A stretch of DNA of 64,000 bases from a bacterium (lineage in GTDB: Bacteria; Patescibacteriota; Dojkabacteria; SC72): positions 201,799 to 265,798 of the forward strand of contig JAJTYH010000002.1 in NCBI GenBank assembly GCA_021463465.1, in the 5' to 3' direction. The notes below the pieces were generated by a model that saw only the letters and a program-made list of their open reading frames with translations, ran no database searches and was not told the origin of the DNA. Shown here one piece after another: positions 9,267 to 17,429 of the stretch. How positions within the stretch are numbered: position 1 is the stretch's first letter; every line of letters begins with the position of its first letter. A program made the translations under genes and the position numbers.

Positions 9267-9614
9267 ATGGATATAGCGCAAATCAACGCTTTACTCGATT
9301 CACTAGAGGATTTGTTTAATAAAGCCGATGAAACTATTGTAAAACCTGAGAATAAGGTTTTTGTATTGGCCGGAATCTCAAACCTGAGAGATAATCCAAC
9401 TTCTGAAGAATTAGAAGGTTTCTTAGATGTGATAAAAGCTTACGCAACGCTCCCAAGCGAACAGCTTAACGCTATATCTGCCCAAGAATCACATGCAACT
9501 CAGCCACAAGTACCTTCACAAACAGCTGACGACAGTTTAGCGCAGGATCAAGCCAGACTTAAAGAATTACTTGAAAAGTTAAATAAATTAAATCAAAGCG
9601 CAGTTCAGGAGTAG
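9267..9614 (+). CDS. Small acidic helical hypothetical protein
   Basis: 115-aa ORF with genome-typical codon use and a C-terminal coiled-coil-like segment. Confidence 0.7.
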   Translation: MDIAQINALLDSLEDLFNKADETIVKPENKVFVLAGISNLRDNPTSEELEGFLDVIKAYATLPSEQLNAISAQESHATQPQVPSQTADDSLAQDQARLKELLEKLNKLNQSAVQE

Positions 9615-9691
9615 GCGAGAATACTCTTGTGCAATTTAGCAGAAAAACTTATATTAGTTGGTAATAACGAGTAAATTAAAAGTATTTTGTT

Positions 9692-10153
9692 ATGTTAAAA
9701 ATGCCAGATGTGTCAGTATTATCCCAAGATATTTTCCAGCTTTTAGGTATGGAAGCATTGGATGAAGTTGAGAAAGAGAAGTTTATGAACGATTTTTTGA
9801 ATTCAGTTTCAAAACAATTTTTCATTTCAAAGATTTTACCTTTCCTCAGTAATGAAGAAAAAGATAACTTATCTGACAAATACGAGAATTTGGATCAAAC
9901 AACTCTTCCAACTTTATTTGGTGAACTTTCAGAAAAGATTCCTAATATCGCTGATCTATATGTTGAATCCTTGAGAGAAGTCAAAGCGAAGCTTGTTACA
10001 GACACATACATCAACAAATCAGATATGCTTGAAGACTTAATTGCAAAAGAGAGTGACTCAGGTAAGGCTTCAGATTTGCGTGAGCAGTATGATTTATGTC
10101 AAAAAAACCTATCTTACGCACAAAACGGAAGATTCGATTTGATAACTAATTAA
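9692..10153 (+). CDS. Acidic helical protein resembling the CPR DUF5663 family
   Basis: LLGMEALDEVEKEKFMNDF...ILPFLSNEEK pattern recalled from DUF5663-type CPR proteins. Confidence 0.55.
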   Translation: MLKMPDVSVLSQDIFQLLGMEALDEVEKEKFMNDFLNSVSKQFFISKILPFLSNEEKDNLSDKYENLDQTTLPTLFGELSEKIPNIADLYVESLREVKAKLVTDTYINKSDMLEDLIAKESDSGKASDLREQYDLCQKNLSYAQNGRFDLITN

Positions 10154-10162
10154 TATTTTTTA

Positions 10163-13100
10163 TTGGAAAACATGTTAGCAGCACCTGGACGAGGAGAACT
10201 ACCAAGCTTTGAAAATCTAAATATTTCTCCAGAGAGCGCTGAAGAGTTAGGGAGAGATTTACGTAAAACTTTAGAGGCACTTGTAACTGGTTTCACTGGT
10301 GACTCTGGAGCAGCAAAAAAACTTCTCGAGAGTATGCTTGACCCGCAAAAAGAGCAAGCAGAGGGAAAAGTTCCAGAACGAACTAATGCTACACCTCTTT
10401 TGTCTGAGCAAAAGGGTGTGAAAAAGGTAGATAATGGACTTGAAATTGAAATTACTTCACCTGCGGTCAAGGAAGCTTTCATTGGCCCAAATGGGCGATC
10501 ATTGACAGAAGATATGTTCCAAGTCATCGCAGGAAGAGAAACGCAGGTAAGTGCCGCAGGTAAACCAGGAAATCTAAACTCGGGTCTTAGTGAAGTTAAA
10601 TCTGTCACTTTAGGCGGTGCCAATGTGAAGACAGGCTTTGATAGGTTAGAGCTTTCTAAAGGTGGTGATAAAGGATCTCCAAATGGTAACGAAGTTCTTA
10701 CTTTTGTAAAATTAGATCCAGAGGGGAAACCTGACCCAAAGAAGTCTGTCTCGATAAGAATTGAGAGAACTCAAAACGATACTAGTGGCATCCCTGATTC
10801 CAAAGTAATACTTTCCTTGGGCCTCCAAGAGACAAGTAACGCTATTACAGATAGTATTGGTAATATTCCAACGCGTTTATCACAAGTTGAATATTTACTG
10901 AAATTCAAACCGGATTTATCACTACAAGAAAAGGATGATTTGTCGGCCGAAGCCGCTTTGTTACGCGAACAGACAGTAACGGGTTTAAATGCAGAATCAA
11001 GACAAGCAAACCAGGCCTTGCTTTTTAAGGATTTGGCCTCAATTATTGCAATCGCTCGAGAAAGAGGACATTCAGTAACGTCTAGAGCTTCAATGGCTGA
11101 TTCAAATGAATCTGTTAGCTCAAGACAGTTTCAGGCTTTAGAAGTTTTCAATAGAATTATTGAGACACCTGGCTCTTTGATTAATCGATCAAAAAAAGCG
11201 GAGAAAAGAAGTGGAGACGTATCTGAAGATCAGAAGCTTTCCGACCTGAAGAGTTTTATAAATAAAGTTAGAGCCGATAGTAATGGAGAAGTTCCTGACC
11301 AAACGCCCAGGCAGGAAGTTCCAACTCCGTTAGGCGGTGAGTTGCAAACTAGCAATACTAAAAAGGAAGCTCCAAAGTCTATTGATGAGCTGAAGAAAGA
11401 TTTTGAAGGTGAACTCTCAGCAATTAAGGACTTGAGAAAGCGAAAAGAAGACTTAGAAGCAGAAATAAAAGCACTTAGTTCTGCTGATGCAGGAACCCTC
11501 TCCGTTGAAGAGAAAAAGAAACTTGAGTCTCTACAGAAGGACCTAGACGAGACAAAGCGCGGGTTAGAAATCTTAAAATCGCTTGGTGACATACAACTAT
11601 TTGACAGGAAAAAAAGTCTCAGAGATAAACTCAAAAACAGATTTCAGGATGAAATTGATTCTAGTACTGTCCTTACCCCTGAACAAATATCAAAACTCTC
11701 AGTTTCAGACTTACTTAGAATTCTTACCTTAAATGCCCAATACGCTAGCAAGAAAGATTCTACACCTGAAACAGCTGAAAAGGACAAACAGAATCTAGAC
11801 AAAATCAACGCTCTTATTGGTTTAGTCAATAGCTTCTCTGAAGCAAACCCTAATGCAGTAAAAGAGAGTAAAGGAAAAGATAAAAAGAAAGCAATCGACT
11901 TACTCACTGAGTGGTTAACTGCAAGAGAAACATCCCTAAGTACTGAAATTGACAAGCTCAACACAGCAGGAGCAACACTTGAAACAACTAACAAAGAGAG
12001 GGAAGAGAAGCTTGCAGCTTTGAAGAAGGAACTCGAGAAATTAGATGTTGATTTTGCAGCTACGCAATTAAAGGCAGCAAGTAGCTTAAGATCTCTTGGC
12101 GATCAAATCCCAACTGATGAATGGATCAAGTTAAGCAGCGCGCTGCATGAAGCTTCATTTGGTGATTTGCCAGAGAACCCCGAAGACACAAAAACAAAGA
12201 CTGAAGCCGCCGCCAATGCTTCTATCGCTTCAAATTGCCTTAGACATATTGATTTAGAGCTTGAGCAACGAATTGAGCCTGAAACTTCTAAGGTTAAGAA
12301 GTTCTTTAAACGAGCAGCTGAGGTACTTACATCTGTATTCGGTGGTATAGCCGCTCGAACAGCAGTTAAAGCTATAATAACTGGAACCCTAGGTTTAGCA
12401 CTTGGCGGTCCAGCAGGCTTATTGCTTGGTGGTGTTGCAGGGGCCTTGGCTGGAGGTGCTTCGAGTGCAATATTTAGTACTTGGATGCATTACAAGGTTT
12501 TCCACAACGACAAACTGCATGCGTTATATGCAGAGAATGCGAATCCTGGCAAATATGATTTCTTCAGATCTAGAATATTTGATAAGGCTAATGAGACTTA
12601 TGGTGTTAAAGCTCGAATCCAAAACATTGCAACCGTATACAATCAATTACTTTCGGGTCAACTAAAAGCCGATCAGTTAACACCTGATTTAGCTAAGACA
12701 GTACTGTCGGTTGTCAAAGACGCCAAGATGCTTAAAAACACCACCAATTTCATTGGTGTAAATAATCTAGGACTCGATGCGAATCTTTTCAAAAATGCTG
12801 CGGGTGAAACGGTTTTACCAGAAGATGCTTTACGAGATTTTGCTTTGAAATTTGATAATTTTGTCAACAACTCTATAAATGCAGGAAAATTAAACACTGA
12901 CGAAGTTTCAAAAGCACTTAGTGAAGCTGACAGTGAATCTAAGACAATGGTTAATGCAATGATAGCTTCAGCTTCTTGGACCAAATTCTTTAAAGGTGCT
13001 CTAATCGGAGGTGCTTCAGGCTTAATCGCACAAGGAATAGGAAATGCCCTCGAAGGAAAGGGCTTCTTAGGAACAGAAACTGGTGGGGTGACAAACTCAG

Positions 13101-15400
13101 CTGTAGGTTCAGTCACAGAATCACAAATGTCTGATGCAGATGTTTTGAAATTTAATGAAGAAGCTATGAAACGATTGGCTCCATACGGACAACAACAAGT
13201 AGCTCTCTTGCATCAAAACTACAGTAATGTTCCCGAAGCAGACTTACAAAAGATGTTTACCCAATTTGATGTAAATGGTAATGGAATACTTGAAGGCACT
13301 GAAGCAAATGCTCTAGTAGATTCACTTAATCAGTCAGGCTCAACTGGAGGTGTACCTACGTTAGTTGGTGCATGGGACGCACCTTATGATGGAAATATTT
13401 CAAAAGATGTACCACCTGAGTGGGTAGATACTTGGACCAAAGCAATCTACAATGTGGGTCGAGGACATGATTTCCATGGAGCTCAGTTTAGTATGCAGGG
13501 TGCTCCTGGAGGCGACTATTACGCTCTAGGACGGGCTTTAGATTACATGTCAAAGCATGTGCCAGCAGAGAGTATGAATACTCCCGAGGCTGGAATTTCG
13601 GTCTCCCATCTTTACGGCCACTTATTACTTGGAGGCCAACCAACCGATGCTCAATTAGCTGAATTCTTGACCAGGGTTGATGCCAAATATGAAGGTACAG
13701 ATTATGATATAAGCAAGATATTTACAGGTTCAGGTGAAGCAGTAACATCTTCTACAACCAATTCATCTGCATTGATTGCAGGAATGAACCAAATCACAAC
13801 GGCGGCCCAAAATGATGTAATGACTCTTTGGTCATCAATGGCTGAGAGCCCAACTATAACTGAGACAGTAAGCAACTCAGTGGCTAATTTTGTTGTTGAT
13901 ACCACAAAAGGTATAAATGAACTTGGCACTTCAGGTGCATTGGCAGGAATGGGTGTTTCTATGTGGCTAGCAAATATGTACACACCTGAGAATAGAGAGT
14001 ATGCCAAGGTGAAAGAGGCTGGCAAAGAAGGAGATAAGTCCGGTACACCTCCAGCAAATCAACCGGGAAATAGTTCAACTTCTGCAGGCTCAACAACACA
14101 AAAGGCAAATAACACACCTGGTAGTAACTCTGCAGACCAAACAGTTGAGACAGCAAACCGAAACAGTGGTCTTACAGATATCTCAGCCGCAAGTGCAAAA
14201 CAAGGAAGTGAATTGAAACCTTTTGGTAAAATTGAGTCTGCAGGAGTAGGCCTTTCTGCTGATAGTGAGAATACTAATCCAAATGTGGTAAATATTAATG
14301 CAGCAAACGGAAGATTTGTGGCATCAACCCCAGTATGGGTTAAGTCGCAAACAGGAAATGTCTCACAATTTGCCTACAGGCATCCAAGATTGGCTGAACT
14401 CTACAAAGAAGTTCTTTATATCGGCAATTTCATCAAACAATACGCCAAAACAACTGTTGGAATGAATAATGATCCTTTTGAGGCCCAAGTACTTGCAGAT
14501 ATTACAAAGTCAGTAGCTGCAAATGATAAGTATGCAGTAAGGAGACACGATGGAGGGGCCGTAAGCGTTGCGAGTTCACAGGTATATAACCTTGATCCCT
14601 ACAGAGCAAGAAAAAATGAACTCACGGCTGGACAAAACTTAAGAGAATTAAATGAAAGTGTTCGCCAGCCATTGGCCAAATTCGTCAAGAAAATGCTTGA
14701 GGTTGAATTTGGTGCAGGTGGATTAGGTCAGCAACACTTAGGTGATATTGATAGGGGAGTTCTTGATCTTTACATGAAGGATGGCGGCGAGAAATATATT
14801 AATAATGAGCAAGTACACGCATTCTTAGCTCTGCTTATGGTGTTGAATGATCCTGAAAATATGGAACCTAAATCCAAGTTCCTAAATCAAAAAGGTACAC
14901 AAGAATTCAATGGAATTGTAAATGTAATGATCTCTAGAGAGAGCGCATGGATGTCAATGTTATCACCAAAACTAAACGGCCAAAATTACCTAGGCTCAGC
15001 ATTCTTAGTGTCTGACGGAATTATTAGATCTGCACTTGAAATGAGCGGATATAATGTAAAGCCAGACCAAAGAGAAGCCCGACAGTACTTTACAAACGTG
15101 GATCAAATTGCGAGATCAGTAGCGTTGGTTAAAGGAGGCTCACCGTATAGTAATGCTCTGCAGTTAGTAAATCTTGCTAATCAAAACGGGGTAGAGTACT
15201 TCGCTCTAATGCGCGAAGCCACAGCAAAGGCACGAGCAGAAAAGAAAGGAAAGAAGAAAAAGCAACAGCAACAGCTAAATGATGCCGTAAGTGCAGTCCC
15301 AACAGTTACACCACAACCTGGCGAGGCCTTGCAAGATGAACCAGCACGTGAAGCAGTAGTAGTTGGAACGAACGAGCCAGCAGGTACAGATGAGATCTAA
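10163..15400 (+). CDS. Giant hypothetical protein (1745 aa): coiled coils, glycine-zipper hydrophobic segments, EF-hand-like loop
   Basis: Heptad-rich aa ~405-640, GLALGGPAGLLLGGVAGALAGG, GALIGGASGLIAQGIG, DVNGNGILEGTE, basic C-terminal KKGKKKK; start may be ATG 10172. Confidence 0.85.
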   Translation: MENMLAAPGRGELPSFENLNISPESAEELGRDLRKTLEALVTGFTGDSGAAKKLLESMLDPQKEQAEGKVPERTNATPLLSEQKGVKKVDNGLEIEITSPAVKEAFIGPNGRSLTEDMFQVIAGRETQVSAAGKPGNLNSGLSEVKSVTLGGANVKTGFDRLELSKGGDKGSPNGNEVLTFVKLDPEGKPDPKKSVSIRIERTQNDTSGIPDSKVILSLGLQETSNAITDSIGNIPTRLSQVEYLLKFKPDLSLQEKDDLSAEAALLREQTVTGLNAESRQANQALLFKDLASIIAIARERGHSVTSRASMADSNESVSSRQFQALEVFNRIIETPGSLINRSKKAEKRSGDVSEDQKLSDLKSFINKVRADSNGEVPDQTPRQEVPTPLGGELQTSNTKKEAPKSIDELKKDFEGELSAIKDLRKRKEDLEAEIKALSSADAGTLSVEEKKKLESLQKDLDETKRGLEILKSLGDIQLFDRKKSLRDKLKNRFQDEIDSSTVLTPEQISKLSVSDLLRILTLNAQYASKKDSTPETAEKDKQNLDKINALIGLVNSFSEANPNAVKESKGKDKKKAIDLLTEWLTARETSLSTEIDKLNTAGATLETTNKEREEKLAALKKELEKLDVDFAATQLKAASSLRSLGDQIPTDEWIKLSSALHEASFGDLPENPEDTKTKTEAAANASIASNCLRHIDLELEQRIEPETSKVKKFFKRAAEVLTSVFGGIAARTAVKAIITGTLGLALGGPAGLLLGGVAGALAGGASSAIFSTWMHYKVFHNDKLHALYAENANPGKYDFFRSRIFDKANETYGVKARIQNIATVYNQLLSGQLKADQLTPDLAKTVLSVVKDAKMLKNTTNFIGVNNLGLDANLFKNAAGETVLPEDALRDFALKFDNFVNNSINAGKLNTDEVSKALSEADSESKTMVNAMIASASWTKFFKGALIGGASGLIAQGIGNALEGKGFLGTETGGVTNSAVGSVTESQMSDADVLKFNEEAMKRLAPYGQQQVALLHQNYSNVPEADLQKMFTQFDVNGNGILEGTEANALVDSLNQSGSTGGVPTLVGAWDAPYDGNISKDVPPEWVDTWTKAIYNVGRGHDFHGAQFSMQGAPGGDYYALGRALDYMSKHVPAESMNTPEAGISVSHLYGHLLLGGQPTDAQLAEFLTRVDAKYEGTDYDISKIFTGSGEAVTSSTTNSSALIAGMNQITTAAQNDVMTLWSSMAESPTITETVSNSVANFVVDTTKGINELGTSGALAGMGVSMWLANMYTPENREYAKVKEAGKEGDKSGTPPANQPGNSSTSAGSTTQKANNTPGSNSADQTVETANRNSGLTDISAASAKQGSELKPFGKIESAGVGLSADSENTNPNVVNINAANGRFVASTPVWVKSQTGNVSQFAYRHPRLAELYKEVLYIGNFIKQYAKTTVGMNNDPFEAQVLADITKSVAANDKYAVRRHDGGAVSVASSQVYNLDPYRARKNELTAGQNLRELNESVRQPLAKFVKKMLEVEFGAGGLGQQHLGDIDRGVLDLYMKDGGEKYINNEQVHAFLALLMVLNDPENMEPKSKFLNQKGTQEFNGIVNVMISRESAWMSMLSPKLNGQNYLGSAFLVSDGIIRSALEMSGYNVKPDQREARQYFTNVDQIARSVALVKGGSPYSNALQLVNLANQNGVEYFALMREATAKARAEKKGKKKKQQQQLNDAVSAVPTVTPQPGEALQDEPAREAVVVGTNEPAGTDEI

Positions 15401-15428
15401 CTTTGGCTTTTTAAAAGTTTTAGGATCG

Positions 15429-15457
15429 AAAGGGGGCTAGCACATAGCTCCCTTTTT
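15429..15457 (+). terminator. Intrinsic terminator after the giant gene
   Basis: AAAGGGGGCTA-GCACA-TAGCTCCCTTT followed by T run. Confidence 0.8.
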
Positions 15458-15461
15458 GATA

Positions 15462-15491
15462 TTGACAAAGTCTCCAGACCTATAGTATAAT
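15462..15491 (+). promoter_or_regulatory. Consensus sigma70-type promoter
   Basis: TTGACA (15462-15467), N18, TATAAT (15486-15491). Confidence 0.8.
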
Positions 15492-15497
15492 ACACTC

Positions 15498-15535
15498 GTA
15501 ATATCTTAGAATATTACAATCTGCTCTTTTAAAAT
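15498..15535 (+). promoter_or_regulatory. boxB-like hairpin plus boxA-like motif
   Basis: GTAATAT-CTTAGA-ATATTAC hairpin, then TGCTCTTTTAAAAT (15522-15535). Confidence 0.6.
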
Positions 15536-15565
15536 GCAGTACGATAATAAGATTTCTGTGAGAGC

Positions 15566-15618
15566 CAACTAACCAATATTGTTATTAATCACCTATTGAT
15601 ACCACTATTGGTTAGTTG
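15566..15618 (+). other. Leader hairpin with perfect 13-bp stem
   Basis: CAACTAACCAATA (15566-15578) / TATTGGTTAGTTG (15606-15618). Confidence 0.75.
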
Positions 15619-15664
15619 TAATATCCAAAATCTTCAAGTGCCAAACACCACAAAGGAGGTCGTC

Positions 15665-16084
15665 ATGGCAGGTTTCTTTAGTTCGGTTTGGAATACGCTC
15701 ACGGGACGCGGTAAGGAGTCGCAATCAATGCAATTCATGCGTGAAACCGGAGCGGGTCAAGGGGACATTCGGGTGGCACGAGCAGCTCTCATTGACGCGG
15801 TCAACGCGGCGTGCATTGAGCTTGATATCGTTCTCAAACCCGGTGGAACCCAGGTAATCGAGAAGGCAATCCTTGAAGCTGTCGACCCAGGGTCGATCCA
15901 AAATCTTCAGCTTCTCCAGAGGATGCGCTCCATGGGAGTCTTAAACACTGGCATGATGATGCAATCGCCAACTCCAGCGATGGACCCAACAATGATTGCG
16001 CAAATCGTCAACCAGGTGATGGACGCTCGTGAAGCCGCCAAGCTCACCCAAACAGACCGGCCCCAAAAATCAGACGAGGTGTAA
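15665..16084 (+). CDS. Hypothetical protein (139 aa) with atypically high GC and an N-terminal amphipathic helix
   Basis: AAGGAGGT SD at 15653-15660 fixes the start at ATG 15665; MAGFFSSVWNTLTG; Met/Gln/Pro-rich C-terminal half. Confidence 0.8.
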   Translation: MAGFFSSVWNTLTGRGKESQSMQFMRETGAGQGDIRVARAALIDAVNAACIELDIVLKPGGTQVIEKAILEAVDPGSIQNLQLLQRMRSMGVLNTGMMMQSPTPAMDPTMIAQIVNQVMDAREAAKLTQTDRPQKSDEV

Positions 16085-16107
16085 CAACCGAGTCAGCGTA
16101 CTGCATT

Positions 16108-16145
16108 CCCGTGGGGAAGCTCTCTTTTAGAAAGCTTCCCCCGGG
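16108..16145 (+). terminator. 3' hairpin (probable terminator or stabiliser)
   Basis: CCCG-T-GGGGAAGCT-loop-AGCTTCCCC-CGGG; weak T tract downstream. Confidence 0.65.
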
Positions 16146-16198
16146 TGTACGTTTTGTGTTTACATATATCAATATGTTTAGTATTTTTATATGTAAGT

Positions 16199-17425
16199 AT
16201 GAAATCACCTACTCACGAGAGTACAAACAAAAACCCTCGCCATATTGAGAAAATAGGGTTAAAAGCTGAAGCAACAGAAAGTTCACCAAACATCGAGACG
16301 GGACTAAGACTTTTAGGATCTGGTTTTGAAGGCGATACTTATGAATACAGGGCGAGAGATGGAAGTATTAAAGCCATAAAGGTTTTCAGACCTCGTGGGA
16401 AGGTATGGGATGACAACTATCATCAAGAGTTTGATGCTGCAGACCCAAACGACCCGAGAGAATTATCCAAAACAATATTTCGTGCAGCACATACAGCGAG
16501 ATGGGCAGATCGAATACAACATCCAGCACATCTGATTGAGGAGATTAACAAGCTCGATGACGAACTAATGGCGACAGGATCGAGTGCGTATAATATTCGA
16601 ACTCTACAAGAATCCTTTGCTAGGGTAGGTGATTTGAACACTAATGGCTTTAGAAATTATTTAACCCAAAGAGCATTAGCCCTGGGACAAAGGATTTTTG
16701 TTCCTGAAATAAATATTGACCCAAATTTCAAAGGTGGATTAGGCTCAGCGATTAATCGTTTAGTCGAATGGACAAGTACTAATTATCCTCAATTACAGCT
16801 GCCTAAAAGAATATTTCCCAGATTCATACAATTTGGAAAGTTTCCTGAAGACTATCCAAATCTTAAAGTCGCTGGAAGAGAGTATTTAGTTATGGAGAAA
16901 GTGCACTTGATTCTTGGTGACTATATAGAAAAGACTCAATCCAAAATACTTTCAATGGGCAGTATTTTATCTGATAGCCCTGAAATAGCTCAAGTTCAAC
17001 CCCTCCCAATCTCGATTCAACAGATTGCCGGAACTAGAACGAATCTAGAAATTTTAGCTTCTCTAGGATTAACCTTTGGTGATTTAAAATTGGGTAACAT
17101 AGCCTTTGACGCAGACAACACTCCAATTCTCATTGACCCCACTGCGGTGCTCAAAACTGGAAGTATCCAAGATATTGCTACTATGGACTACCTCCCTCCA
17201 CATGTTCAAGCACAAGTAAGAATGATGCAACCAATCAAGGGAGATCCTCAAAACGATATTTATGCTTTAAATCGAATACTTTCTATTATACAGCAGGAAT
17301 GGATGCAGGCTGTAATGCAAGGACTAAGAAAGAATACGCGTAATATAATGCATGATGAGAGGGTTGGGACAGAAACAGCCTCAACAATGCTTCAAAACTC
17401 AAGAAGAAATCAAAATACATTATAA
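16199..17425 (+). CDS. Divergent Hanks-type Ser/Thr protein kinase-like protein
   Basis: LGSGFEGDTY (Gly loop), AIKVF, YLVMEKV, GDLKLGNI (catalytic loop), LIDPT at the DFG position, TMDYLPP, NDIYAL. Confidence 0.75.
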   Translation: MKSPTHESTNKNPRHIEKIGLKAEATESSPNIETGLRLLGSGFEGDTYEYRARDGSIKAIKVFRPRGKVWDDNYHQEFDAADPNDPRELSKTIFRAAHTARWADRIQHPAHLIEEINKLDDELMATGSSAYNIRTLQESFARVGDLNTNGFRNYLTQRALALGQRIFVPEINIDPNFKGGLGSAINRLVEWTSTNYPQLQLPKRIFPRFIQFGKFPEDYPNLKVAGREYLVMEKVHLILGDYIEKTQSKILSMGSILSDSPEIAQVQPLPISIQQIAGTRTNLEILASLGLTFGDLKLGNIAFDADNTPILIDPTAVLKTGSIQDIATMDYLPPHVQAQVRMMQPIKGDPQNDIYALNRILSIIQQEWMQAVMQGLRKNTRNIMHDERVGTETASTMLQNSRRNQNTL

Positions 17426-17429
17426 AAAG

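Noticed and set aside
15596-15664. N-terminal extension of the ORF-track call 15596..16084
   Set aside because: Overlaps the leader hairpin; the strong SD places the start at 15665
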